Assembly (NCBI RefSeq): GCF_001194135.2
Contig: NC_068989.1
Span: 38,073,637 to 38,137,636, forward strand
DNA: 64,000 bases
Reading direction: 5' to 3'
DNA from: Octopus bimaculoides
Lineage: Eukaryota
Below, piece after piece: positions 24,041-37,871 of this stretch; position 1 is the first letter of the stretch; each line of letters begins with the position of its first letter. The position numbers and the translations under genes were made by a program. The notes under the pieces were generated by a model. The model did not search any database, had not been told where the DNA came from, and saw nothing but the letters and a program-made list of their open reading frames with translations.

Positions 24041-25088
24041 AATAATAATTGTTATTAGCTGCAATAAACTGGAAATAGAGAGAGAAATATAAAGAAATAT
24101 CAATTAAAGAAATATTAATTAGATCCACATGGATCTATCCATGTGGAGTGGAATGCATAATTAAGCAAAGCTGACAGGTATGATGAAGGACATTATATAA
24201 TAAATAAACAGATAAATAAAAAAATTATAGTGTACAGGCTAGGCTGATCTAGTGCACCTCATGCCCCTTTTCTGCCAGTCATTGTTCAGGCACCTAAAGG
24301 CATCTGCTAACGTTTTTTTCTGTTGGCTGCAGAGATAACAACGGGTGCTTTGAGATAAGAATTTTCTTGGCTGTCTGGTCGTTTTTCTTTCTTTCTTGCT
24401 TTCTTTTTTTTCTGTCTTTCTTGTGTTCGTTATTCCTTCTATATTCTCTCTTTACTTTCTGGCTTTTTTCTTCTCACGTTGATACTCTTGTGGATTTTGA
24501 CACAATAAAAATAAATTACAGACACACATTGAACAAATGTGCAGAAACATATACAAGCAATACATACAAGTATATGCAAATTTATACATGATATAAAAGT
24601 ACACTTCAATATTTACAAATATATTTCTATGCAGACACACATTTGAGTATGAATAAAGTTGCAGACATAAATGAGGAAGGGAACAACAAAAACAACAACA
24701 ACAACAACAACAACACTGCTGCCAAATATCAAGTCTTTTCTACAATTCAGTGCCTGTTTTCCAAACAACAAACGATGTGAGGTCATATTCTTTACTGGTT
24801 TGATTTATGGTCTGGCCTCTTGCATCCCTGCAACTATCTACTTACCAGACCAAGTGCTTAGAGCAGATTTTTCTTAAAATGAATTGACTAGTTATATAAA
24901 GAAGAATCAGAATTAACTGGTGCCTTGCTCTCAACATTGGCACTTTTACTTTTTTGTTTTGTTAAAAGTGGCTGTTAAGCGAAAACATAAATCAAAACTA
25001 CACAATTTGTGTGTGTTTGTGTATGTGTGTGTGTGTGCATGTGTATGTGAATATATATACACACACACACACATATATGTATATATAT

Positions 25089-25235
<147 letters not shown>

Positions 25236-25408
25236 CACACACACACAAGTACACACAGCTGAATATATATTCATAAAGCAAGAAAATAAATATGAGTATG
25301 TCTATGTGTTTTAAACTTCCAATATATGATGGGTGTATGTTAATGCATGTTCAGTCTCTGTCTGTAAATGTATGTATGCATGTATGTATATATATATATG
25401 TATGTATG

Positions 25409-25483
<75 letters not shown>

Positions 25484-26449
25484 NNNNNNNNNNNNNNNNN
25501 NNNNNNNNNNNNNNNNNNNNNNNNNNNNNNNNNNNNNNNNNNNNNNNNNNNNNNNNNNNNNNNNNNNNNNNNNNNNNNNNNNNNNNNNNNNNNNNNNNNN
25601 NNNNNNNNNNNNNNNNNNNNNNNNNNNNNNNNNNNNNNNNNNNNNNNNNNNNNNNNNNNNNNNNNNNNNNNNNNNNNNNNNNNNNNNNNNNNNNNNNNNN
25701 NNNNNNNNNNNNNNNNNNNNNNNNNNNNNNNNNNNNNNNNNNNNNNNNNNNNNNNNNNNNNNNNNNNNNNNNNNNNNNNNNNNTATTTGCTAGTGTGTGA
25801 GTATTTCAAATCTAGTCACCTGACACTGTCATCATTTCAAGAAAACAATAATTCAAGATTAAATATTTGGCAATTATTCTTCTTTTTACTATTCTGCATT
25901 TTTGTTAAATATTCTATTCTATTCTATTTTTTTTTTTCTGTTTTTTGTGGTGTTGACGGCATAAAACTGCCAAAAAAATCCCTGAAATAAAATGATAAAA
26001 AGAAGCAATCTAAAAAAACAATAAGAAGAGCTAAATAAAACCCAGGATCTTATTTATTTCAAGTATGGATGATATACAATGAAATATTACACAATGGCCT
26101 CTACAAAGTCATGAACACCTTTCTGTTTTCTTTAATTTTGTTGTCAAGAATAAAACTGCAGCCTTAAAGTAAATGAAAATATTAATTTATTAATATCTTA
26201 TTTTAAAATGTGAAATAAAAATAAATTAATAATAATAGTTTCTAATTTAAGCACAAGGCCAGTGACTTTTGAGGAAAGGAGGTTAGTTAATTACATCAGC
26301 TACTGTACTTGAATTTTCTTTTACTTTGTCAATCAGCAGAAGGATGAAAGGCAAAGTTGACATTGGCAGAATTTAAACCCAGAATGTAAAGTGCTGTTAT
26401 TAAGTACAACAAGGCATTTTGTTGACATTAATAGTTCCACCAGACAACA

Positions 26450-27230
26450 ATACTATTATTATTATACAAAAGCTATTATATGCTAATTCAATTAGCAGGA
26501 ATGTTATCCTGGCATTTGGTGACCAGAAGCCTCCAGAAATCTCAAAAATCAGACATAGGACCTGCACTTTTCTGCTGGAACGATATTTTCATCTTTATGT
26601 TCTGCAATTTTTCCCTCTCTCTGACTAGGTCCTCATATTTCTCAATTTAATCAATTTGATATCTGCTCTACTCTCATTTTGGTACTGAAAATATATGATC
26701 TACACTATTTGTATTTTCTGTCCTCTGTGACCATATCTGATCTTGTTCAATAGTAAAGTTAGTCTATTTGAAGAAATGTTTGAAAGTTCTGTTATCCTTC
26801 ACCATCACAGCATCTGACTGTTTTACATAACTTTTTTCTTTCACTTTGAGTTTTACAAACTCTTTTTCTGGCACGGTCATACCTGTACTTACACTTTTTT
26901 GCTTTAGTTTACTGCACTCACTTACAAAATAGTTAATACATGCATCCTTTTTCCTACACATTCTGAATCTACTCTCTGACTGAGCTTTATTAATCTTTGT
27001 CTTATATCAAATTCATATAAAAAAAAAAACATTCAAAATAGGTTGCTGTAATCAGCAATTTAATTTCTTTTTTTCAGACTTCCATTTATCAGCGACAACC
27101 AGTTTTCTTTACTTCCAATATCTTTAGTTTATTGCTTGAGTCAGCTATGTAGTTCCTTCTCTTTCAAGCTATTTGTCCTGTTCTTTCTGATTTTGAATTC
27201 TGTCTCTATTACAGTAGATCTTTGGTCTTG
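26450..27230 (-). mobile_element. R4/Dong LINE 3' end (CCHC knuckle + restriction-like endonuclease region + (TAA)n tail)
   Basis: KEKELHS*LKQ*TKDIGSKENWL..NGSLKKE, then ORF 26764-26961 MCRKKDACINYFVSECSKLKQK (cf. CRMC..KDETINHIVSECSKLAQ); QKSA motif and taataataat tail at ~26455. Confidence 0.75.
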
Positions 27231-28319
27231 GAAGTACAGAAGATAATACCATAAAATATTCCCCACTCAATAAACAGATCTTCTTCTGACATTTTAAGGA
27301 GTGCTACTTCCATTTTCTATTTAGATGGCAGTTGAAAACTCCAGCCAACCTTCTGAAAGTAGATATATTATTTTTCACTTTGTTCTCTTTTGGATTTGAT
27401 GGTGCAGCAAAGAAACACTGTTTGGTTCTAGACATTTTCCCTGATGATCTCTTTTCCTGAAACCTTTGTTGGTGATAGTGAAAGGCTCAATGTATTAATT
27501 ACCTAATGTAGTTGTATTTCAAGAGTGTTGTTGTTGTTTCTGTCATTCAAATTAATTTCTATTTTATTTTGTTTTTATTGTAAGTGTCTATTCTATTGTC
27601 GAGTTCATTTTAATGCAATATTTTTTATTCTTGTTGTTTGGTGTAATGCATTTGTCAATAATACATTTTGATATGAAAATGCCATCGAAACAAAATGTGG
27701 ACACAAATAAAATATAAATTAGCAAAGACATTTTTTTTTGTAAGGTATTAGATAATTGATATTCTTATTGGTCAGCATTCTAATGAAAGAATACTTGATA
27801 TAAAGTCCAGTTGCATGCTCTGAGAATCAATAATTATCATCCTCATCATCATCGTTCCACTTTTTTTCCTTGCTTGGGTAAAATGGAATTCATTGAAGTA
27901 GATTTTCTATGACTGGTTGCTCTTCCTGTTGCCAACCTTCACTTGTTTATGAGGAAACTAATATTCCCCTATGACTAGACATATTTTCATGGAAGATTGG
28001 AAATGAACAACGTTGCTTGAGTGATGGTGACACTTGTTTACAACTATGACATGATATCAAAAACACACAAACACAGACACATGTATTCACATGCATAAAT
28101 ATATAATGCATAGAAATATAATGCAAACACACACACACACACACATTCCAGATCCACTAACAAAGCATTAGTTAACTCAGATCGATAATAGAAGACACTT
28201 ACCCAAGTACCATGCAACAGGGCTGAAGCAAACCACATGCTGGAAATCAAACTTTTTAACCACACAACCAAGCTTGCACCTATAATATTAACAACATCAA
28301 CTACAAAAATAATAATAAT

Positions 28320-29150
<831 letters not shown>

Positions 29151-29249
29151 TTTTTTATTAGCTACCAAAGACAATATGCAATACGAAACATATCATACAA
29201 AAGTGTTCCAAACGATGTTCAATGAGTTACATGTTCATTCAGAGAGATA

Positions 29250-29650
29250 TTAAAGTAACAGGTTATTGAATCAACTCCTATCTTCCTCCCTTGGCTACAG
29301 TGACCGTTTCAGTGTAGCAATGGAAGTAACTACTTGCTAGGATTTAGTGGTTTCTATCTTCTGTGTTGTTCTTCATGTCCTTAGTAATAGTCCTCAATGA
29401 TATTCTAGGGCAACCTGTTGTACTCCCTCTCAACAACACATCTAATATTGTAATCAGGAGAGCTTGAAGGCTGCATGCTGGGGTCTTACATGACCAAGAA
29501 AATTTCCCTGGGTCACGAGAGCCATGTATAATCTCTCCTTGTTACTTACAACACAGAGCTATTTTGCTTTCCTCCTTTGGTTTTCTTAGATAAATTTCTT
29601 AGTCAAAGGGTGCTATCTTCACCTATATGTTCTCCTCTTTCCTAGAACTG
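29250..29650 (-). mobile_element. Possible very old RTE-type LINE fragment
   Basis: Weak peptide resemblance (LGHV; GCPRISLRTITKDMK) to the RTE C-terminus. Confidence 0.25.
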
Positions 29651-30340
29651 TTACATATTGAGTAACTTCCTATTATTCACAATATTATGTCAAATTGTTT
29701 GTGGTGTTGTAAATATTTTAAAGTTTGCACTAAATTAAATTAGTTTCCAGTATTATTATTTTCATCTTTTTTTGTGCTATAAAGTTGAAGTGTAAATGTT
29801 TCTGCAATGTGTATGTCTGTTTAACTGACATGTTTTCTGTTTTCCTCTTTTTTAAATTTATTTTCATGTCTGAAAAGTTTTAGGTGTTAACTTTTTTTTT
29901 TTTTGCCATTAAAACGACCATTGTGGTGCATACTTCTTTCTACTACCATTTATGCAACCATTTTAAAAGTTACAAAAACCATCAGGTTGAAAATTACATA
30001 GTCAAAGAAATCTGTAAACCTTACTTTATCCCAGGAAAATGGAGTGCAGCTTAAGTGATCCAAAAATATTAAGGCAAATCTTTTTCTGCACCAGAAAAAT
30101 AAAGTATAACTTAGGTAAATCAAAAAGACCTCTTGTCAGTAGTCCAGAATAAAGTATAAATAAAAAACAAGTTTTATTCATATCAAGTAATCCACAAAAT
30201 ATTACATTCTGACTGGGAGCTCAGTAAACATGGGTTGCATAAATAACAACAGCAACACAAACAATAATAATAGTTAATAATTGACCACAATTCATCTGGT
30301 ATTTGTGTGTTTTATACTTTTGTTTTACAAATGATTCTTT

Positions 30341-30419
<79 letters not shown>

Positions 30420-31421
30420 TGAATGTCTTGTTAAACTTCTTCAATCTATTCACTAGCATATTTTCCTCATCAATCATTCTCCTTTTATATCTAGTGACAC
30501 CTTTCTATCAATCTTGTCATAGATTATCTCATCAATCTTGTCAGATATTCTCGGACACCTTGCAATATTTTTCTTGTCAGTTGTGTCAAATAATATTTCT
30601 CAAGTTCTTCCGTTTAGCTCTCTATTTCATATTTCAATGTAATGACTACTAATGATGCAATGATAATCTTCACACTGTACTTGAAAGCTCAAATTGTAGT
30701 AGTTGTTGCTTTTTTGTTGCTGCTGCTGCCGCCACTGCTGTTGTTGTTTATTATGCAGAGGTGTATGTATTTATGTCCTGTAACTTAACATTGAGATAAA
30801 TATAAATTGCTAAAGTAAATGTCAGGCATAAGGATAAGTACTAGGATCAATATAAAATGACTAAAAGATGGTACTCCAGCATGGCCATAGTTTTATGGTT
30901 GTAACAAGTAAAAGAGTAAGAATATGTTATAAATTGGTTGCATTTTTAAAGCATTTTTTCCCCTTCTTTAATATATATTTTCATTTAAAAATAAGCTACA
31001 TTACAAAGAAAATAACTTGAATTTCTTTGTGGCTGTAAAGGTGAAGTGAATCTGTAATGCAGAAGCTTAGTTTCAAATCTGTCGTTTGTATAGTTTATAT
31101 TCGCTTTTAGAAATCACTCACAGCCCCAGTAGAAGGAATTGCCTTCAAGATGGTTAATCCTTTACTTTAATGTTTCGATAATCTTCTCACTGTTAAGATG
31201 ATTGTCCAAGAAAATATGTTTAATTGGTGAGAAATCTGAGATTTAAGAAAAATTACTCTCATTAATTGTGGATGGGAGAGGATTTCAGTTACCATAGTCA
31301 CAATGCTTAAAGATAGCATAATGTGTGTTTCTACGCATGAAATAATGAAAGAGAGACAAAAGCAGAAGGGAAAAAGATACTCAAATGGAAGAGAAGAATA
31401 TGACCATAGCTATTGTTTGTT

Positions 31422-31493
31422 GTACAGTATGTCTGATCATAGACTGTACAGTATGTTTTATCATAGACAGTACAGTATGTCTGATCATAGCAG
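31422..31493 (+). repeat. 24 bp tandem repeat x3
   Basis: gtacagtatgtctgatcatagac(t/a) units. Confidence 0.9.
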
Positions 31494-31519
31494 GTACTAT
31501 GATGTTTGGGAATTATAGA

Positions 31520-32290
31520 TAATGAATTATAGACATTATAGACATTATAGATAATGATGTGTGGATGTTATATCTGATTAAGTTAGTGATGTGTGGTTTG
31601 TGCTGTCATGTTGAAGAAGCAGAGTGTGTTGTTAGTTAGGTTTTATTTCAGCTGGATTGCCTTGCTTAGTGCCTTTACTGAACATAAAGCCCTAAACTAA
31701 CTGTGTGGTTGTTTGTAGTGAATTAGCCTTTTCTTATCTCACCACAGATTATTGCCTTGCAGGGATGCAGCTCTGCTTGCTTGTCAGGAGTCAGCCATTC
31801 TCCCCTGTTCCGTACTGATGTAAAAATACCATTTTTCATTGCTGGTGATGATATGGGAAAGAACGCAACAAAGTATGTTGGAGATTGCCTCTTTCATTCA
31901 GAGCATGTGGCACCCATAAACCAAATTTTTTAATGTTATCCACGAAATGAAGGTCACAGGTGATAGTATCATTAGAGCGTTCTATCTGCTGGCCCAATTC
32001 CTTAGTGGAATGGTATGGATTCTCATAGATGAGCTCATTTAATCTATTTTCGTTAAACAGAACAGGTCAGCCAAAACATGAAGAGTCAGTGAGAGAAGCA
32101 TGAAAACCATTTCTATAGAGTTTTTCAGTAACAGTGCCTTCACTGTATATAGCACAATTAACTCAAGTGGCTTGGCAGCTTTGGAACCTTTGATTAAAAG
32201 CAAGGAGAAGCAGGTATCAACAATGCTTGTATTTTAACTAGTTGGCACTCCATTGTCATGTGTCTGAAAAGCGGTAAAATTTATTCAAAT
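31520..32290 (-). mobile_element. Degenerate mariner transposase (HTH to second catalytic Asp)
   Basis: Minus strand: LLLAFNQ, RLNELIYENPYHSTKELGQQI, WVPHAL (31916-31899), IITSNEKWYFY (31852-31820), LLLQHDSTNH (~31620-31595). Confidence 0.85.
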
Positions 32291-33811
32291 TTCATGAGTG
32301 ATAAATCAAAGTCTTAGAGGAAGAGTAGAGCTAAAAAAAAAAAAAACAAGAACAAAACACTATGATACGAAATATTTTTTGTGTTATTCAAATAATCTTA
32401 GAAATAAATAAATAAATTTATCTGTCAACTCAATTCATATGTGTATTAGTAGGAGTGTGACAGCTAAGTTAACACTTACATATGAATTTTTGGAGCATAG
32501 ATTATTGTTTTGTCTGTAGTCAGTTCTGATCAAGTAGACCCTTCAGAAAAAGACATTCCAGTCATGATCTATCCATTTTTTAATAAACATAATGTATTTA
32601 AGAATACATTATCGAATGTATCCTTCTATTTTTAAGTTAAAGATCGATTTAAGAAATGTTTGGCTGCTGTTATGCATCTTCTAATTCTAATTAATATCTT
32701 TATAGGAGAACTATTTCTATGCTTTGGAATTAGATTACCAGAATAATAAACCTTGCCCAAGGCCACAATGCTATCAGTTGAGCAGGATTTGAATTCATTG
32801 CATTGCAATCAGCAGTCATTTGTAAATGAAAAGAAAGAAAAAAAAATTCTGTCATTATTTCCTTTGAAATAATAATATAAATCTTGTCCTTACTTTCACT
32901 GATATAACAGTGTGCTTTGTTACCTTAATTTACCCTTTTGAACCATTGGAATTAGGGGGAAAGCTAAACAATGTCACAATGCTATCCAAATCCAATATAT
33001 ACATAACATGGCAAAAGACCAAATTCCTTAACTGGCTTCAACTAGGGACGATGTCAAAATTTCATTGGAAAAGGTTGTAGTCTGTCAAATCACTTCTTGT
33101 GCATTACTAGTCTATTTTTTTATGGGAAAAGAAAATCAGTTCCTCTTAGTTTGAACTCAGAAATGTGAGGTACCAATCTACATACCAAGAAGCATCCAGG
33201 TAACCATGCACACCAAATCTAACATTATCCAAATTTAAAATATTCTGATGCTGAATTAAGTATGTAGAGATTCTGAGTAAAAACAAAACAAGTTATACAC
33301 ACACAGAGACAGACACATACACACACACTCAAATATATATGTAATTTTTATAATTATACAAATTTTTTTCTACATGCTAAAATCAAGGTCCACTGATCTT
33401 GTAGGCTAACAGTGACTATGCTTTGCTGATGAGGTCTAATAAGATGGAAGCATGTGCACATCTGACATCATGTCTGCTAACTATGATCAGATTTTCCCAT
33501 GAATGTAAAGATTAAGAAAAAATTTTCAGTCTAAAATATGTACCAGTCAAGCACTGGAGCTGATGTTATTGAGTAGCTCACTGCCTCAAAATTTCAGGCC
33601 TTGTGTCTATGGTAGAAAGGAATTTCTTGAAACTATCTACCCTTTTATTGTAGAGCCACTAACAGTCTTTGCTTTCACTCTACAACTAAGAGGCTGGTTG
33701 GCATTAGGAAGGGCTGCCAGCCATAGAAACCATGCCATGCAGACACATCAGATCCTGTTGAACTATCTAACCCATGCCAGCATGGAAGATGAACATTAAA
33801 TGATGGTCATA

Positions 33812-34230
33812 ATTTTTTATTCGTTTCAGTTGTTGGACTGCAACTAACCATGCTGGGGCACCAATTTTGAATGATTTAGTTGAAACAAATCCATCCCGGT
33901 ACTTGTATTTTTTAAAGTCTGGTACTTATTCTATTGGTCTCCTTTTCAGAACTGCTAAGTTATTGAGATGTAAACAAGCCAACACTGGTTGTCAAGTGGT
34001 GACAGAAGACAAACACAGCACAAAGACACGCACACATACACGTATATATGTATGTATATAATGAGTTTCTTGCAGTTTCTGTCTACCAAACCAATTCACA
34101 AGGCTTTGGTCAGCCCTTTGGCTGAGGGTTATAGTAGAAGACATTTGCCCAAGATGTTGCACAGTGAGATTGAACCCATGACCTTTTGGCTGGGAAGCAA
34201 GCTTCTCAATCACTGAGCCACACTTGTACT
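33812..34230 (-). mobile_element. Near full-length SINE family B
   Basis: Head (gtacaagtgtggctcagtg), core and tail (ggtgccccagcatgg...actgaaacgaataaaa) all present on minus strand; an old RTE tail lies upstream at 33680-33800 (+). Confidence 0.8.
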
Positions 34231-34308
34231 TAGCTTCTCAATCATGAAAAGTTTCTCTGTATGTCTTTTAATACACCAACATCTACTTGATTTATTTCTC
34301 TCTCCCTC

Positions 34309-34381
<73 letters not shown>

Positions 34382-34881
34382 TACACATTACAGAATTGTC
34401 ATTAGAAAAGAAGTTATTTTACATCCATGAACATCTTATAAATATGAAAGATGTAGAGTTAAAAATAAAATATATTGAAAACTGGTTTTGTTCTTATCTC
34501 CAGGCCTTTAGATTTTTATCTAATATACATGATCAGGGTAGTTTTGAACATCTTTATTCCATGTGTTCTCTCTCATGTAAAATTGTAAAACACTTGTCCA
34601 TTGACATATTACCTGGTAATCCCTCAAGTTATTTGGTTCAGCTAACAGATGGGCTGACTTTTGTAACAGACATTTTCGTCATATTTATTCTTAGAAATCT
34701 TAATGTTTTTTGAAAATTTTCTTTTCAAATTGTTTACATTTTGTAAAGATAGTTTGTGATAAAATGTATACGATGAAAATTTTAGGTGTGCTGTAAAAGA
34801 AATCATTGCTGTGCTGAAATAATTTATCACTTAAATTGCCTAATGTCTGATGGAAATTCATAAAGCTGTAAGGTCTTTACA

Positions 34882-34912
<31 letters not shown>

Positions 34913-34930
34913 TGTTTTATTATGGGATGG

Positions 34931-34963
<33 letters not shown>

Positions 34964-35017
34964 AAATATTTTAGAATTATAAACATAATTATAACAAGGG
35001 ATCAGCTTTATGCCTCA

Positions 35018-35100
35018 CCACGCACTGCCTGAAACAGACATTAATGTCCTATTTTAAGGTAGTAAATAGGACATCAACGTCTATTTCTAGCAGTGCGTGG
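35018..35100 (-). other. 37 bp-stem / 9 nt-loop hairpin (MITE core or pre-miRNA-like)
   Basis: ccacgcactgcctgaaacagacattaatgtcctattt-taaggtagt-aaataggacatcaacgtctatttctagcagtgcgtgg; 5 mismatches, 4 of them G.U on the minus strand; abuts a gap. Confidence 0.7.
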
Positions 35101-35237
35101 NNNNNNNNNNNNNNNNNNNNNNNNNNNNNNNNNNNNNNNNNNNNNNNNNNNNNNNNNNNNNNNNNNNNNNNNNNNNNNNNNNNNNNNNNNNNNNNNNNNA
35201 ATTATCATTGATTTTACCCTTTATTAAAAATATATAA

Positions 35238-35610
35238 CGTCGTTTAATGTCTGCTTTCCATGCTAGCATGGGTTGGACGATTTGACTGAGGACTGGTGAA
35301 ACCAGATGGCTACACCAGGCTCCAATCTGATTTGGCAGAGTTTCTACAGCTGGATGCCCTTCCTAACGCCAACCACTCCGAGAGTGTAGTAGGTGCTTTT
35401 ACGTGCCACCGGCACGAAGGCCAGTCAGGTGGTACTGGCAACTGCCAAGCTCAAGTGGTGCATTTTACGTGCCACCTGCACAGGAGCCAGTTCGGTGGCA
35501 CTGGCAACGATCTCATTCGAATGTCTTTACACGTGCCATCTGACACAAGTGCTAGGAAGGCGATGCTGGGCACAGGTGCCATTGACGGTTTCGCTTTTGC
35601 TTGCCCCAAT
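35238..35610 (-). mobile_element. RTE LINE 3' UTR copy (~90% identical to 9884 copy in the tail)
   Basis: cgtttaatgtctgctttccatgctagcatgggttggacgatttgactgaggactgg... Confidence 0.8.
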
Positions 35611-35963
35611 AAGTTTTCGCAGGAGCTCTGTCACTATTTTCAGTGTTATTATTGGTGGTTTAAGTGAGAATTTTAGCTCTTATTTCTAGCAGGCAGGCAT
35701 ATTCATATGCCCTTATGATTGATATATGTATTTGTATGTTTATGTATGTGTTTGTGCATAAGTGTGTGTCTGTGTGTGTGTAATTCATATGCATGTAATT
35801 TATATGCTTTCATCTTTTAGGTATTTGACCAGAAATAATTGGCAGTGTATGACAAAAGCTATGTTGTAATGGACCATTTCAGAAGTGAAAAATAATAGAA
35901 GTTGGAATTTTGCTTGATCAAACTGACAGTTTCAGTTTCTTATATTTTATCACTTAAACTCAC

Positions 35964-36009
<46 letters not shown>

Positions 36010-36960
36010 ACGGAAGCATAATACTTATATATATGTGTGTATGTATATATATGCACATACAGATACACACACATATATGTAGCCCTGAGCTAGATTATTG
36101 ATCACAGATTAATATAGTGTTTTAAAGTCTGAACTTATTATACTCAGTCAAGTTGTTCTGTTCAATTTAATTCCCAGGATAATTTTACCTGTCGAGCAAA
36201 TAACTTTATTTTTTATCTCACTATGCATGAAAGTAATAATAAAAAGAGTGTTATATCAGTAATGTAGAATTTCAAAGGCAAAGTTGACTTTCCCATGTCA
36301 TTAGAATAAGTAATAGCTAACCAACAAGGAGAGCTGCTGCCAGGTCATTCAACCTGCTAGAAATAACCCTGAAATTTCTGTCAAGTTACACTGTACTGTC
36401 TTAAAAAAGACAAAACGTTGATAATGTAGTCCTATATGCTATTGCTGGAAAGTGATACTGAAATAGGCATAGCTGGAGTGTTTTTGATCATGTATCTGAT
36501 GAATAAAGTAATAAACTGGTGCTTTATATAATACAATGTGTGGGAGAGTGGGTTGTGGTGGACATAGCCATCTTTTAGACATGCTTTGATTGTTGGATAT
36601 GAATAATTAGATGAAGTTCCTTCAATAGATGTTTGCTTTGAATTGCTACACATTTGTAGTTTGGGAAAAAACAAACATTGCTTTGAAGGGATTTCTTGAT
36701 GGATAGATTTCTGTGGAACTGAAAAATTACAGAAACACGTTTACAATTGGATTATGTGTGTACAGCAAGATAGACATCGGTTGAAGAGTGGGGGCTGTGA
36801 TTACTTTACTACTACTGTTAACAGTTAAAATATTAGGGGAAGCAAAAGTTGGAGAAACATGTCTAGACTGTCCATTGTTTTCAAAGAACAAAGAAAATAT
36901 TTCAAAACTCTCTCTCTCACTGTGTTTGTCTGTCTGTGTATCTTATTCAGTGTTTGTCTA

Positions 36961-37090
36961 TCTATCTTTCTCTCTCTGTCTTACTCTATGTTTGTCTCTC
37001 TCTTTCTCTGTCTTACTCTATATTTGTCTCTCTCTTTCTCTGTCTTACTCTATGTTTGTCTCTCTCTTTCTCTGTCTTACTCTGTGTTTG
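36961..37090 (+). repeat. 32 bp minisatellite x4 in a CT-rich tract
   Basis: tctctctctttctctgtcttactctatgtttg units. Confidence 0.9.
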
Positions 37091-37829
37091 TCTCTGCCTG
37101 TCCATCTGTCTTTCTTTCTCTCTTTCTCTCTTACACTCACTCTTCATGCGAATCTCATTTTCTCTTTGTTTCTTTCTATCTTTGAATCAGTTTTTGGTTC
37201 TGTTCATATACCTTTTAGTTTATCCTCCTCCACCTCCTCCTCCTCCTCCTCATCATCATCATCCCTCTTCCCCCTACTTCACCCTCTTCTTCNNNNNNNN
37301 NNCTCTTCTTCCTCCTCCTCCTCTTCCTGCTGCTCTTCCTCTCCCCTTTCTCCCCTTCCCCCACCCCTCCTCCTCTCTGTAGCTATATACAATCATTATA
37401 TACATATATATATGCATCACTTTTACTGATAAATCTGTATTGTTGTTTTCATACATCTCTTTTCCATTCAAGAAGACATCATACCATAATTAGCCCTTAG
37501 GTGAGGGGAAAAAATTTTAAAGCGGAATTTCACAATTCACCTTCAAAACTTTCCCTTGCTATAATTACCCAATCATAATTGATTTTCTTTTGCTTCCTTA
37601 TTGATTTTGAAAGGAAGAAAGAATGTGTACACATGTGAGTATGTGTGTGTGTGTGTATATATATATCTAAAATATATAGACTAGATAAAACTCTGAATAT
37701 TTTACAAAAATAACTACATAAAACTATATGAAATACAGTGGAAAACATATTTTACAATGAAGATGACAATGATGATGATGATGGTACTTGATTCAGTGCA
37801 GTATTTCTGCTTCAAATTATAGCTGTAGC

Positions 37830-37871
<42 letters not shown>

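Noticed and set aside
31748-31872. Convincing plus-strand exon (strong acceptor, GTATGT donor, open frame)
   Set aside because: It is the antisense of the mariner transposase remnant; shows how unreliable splice-signal-only calls are here
36788-37429. 213 aa ORF with apparent signal peptide
   Set aside because: Composed of CT-rich minisatellite and low-complexity sequence, and crosses a gap
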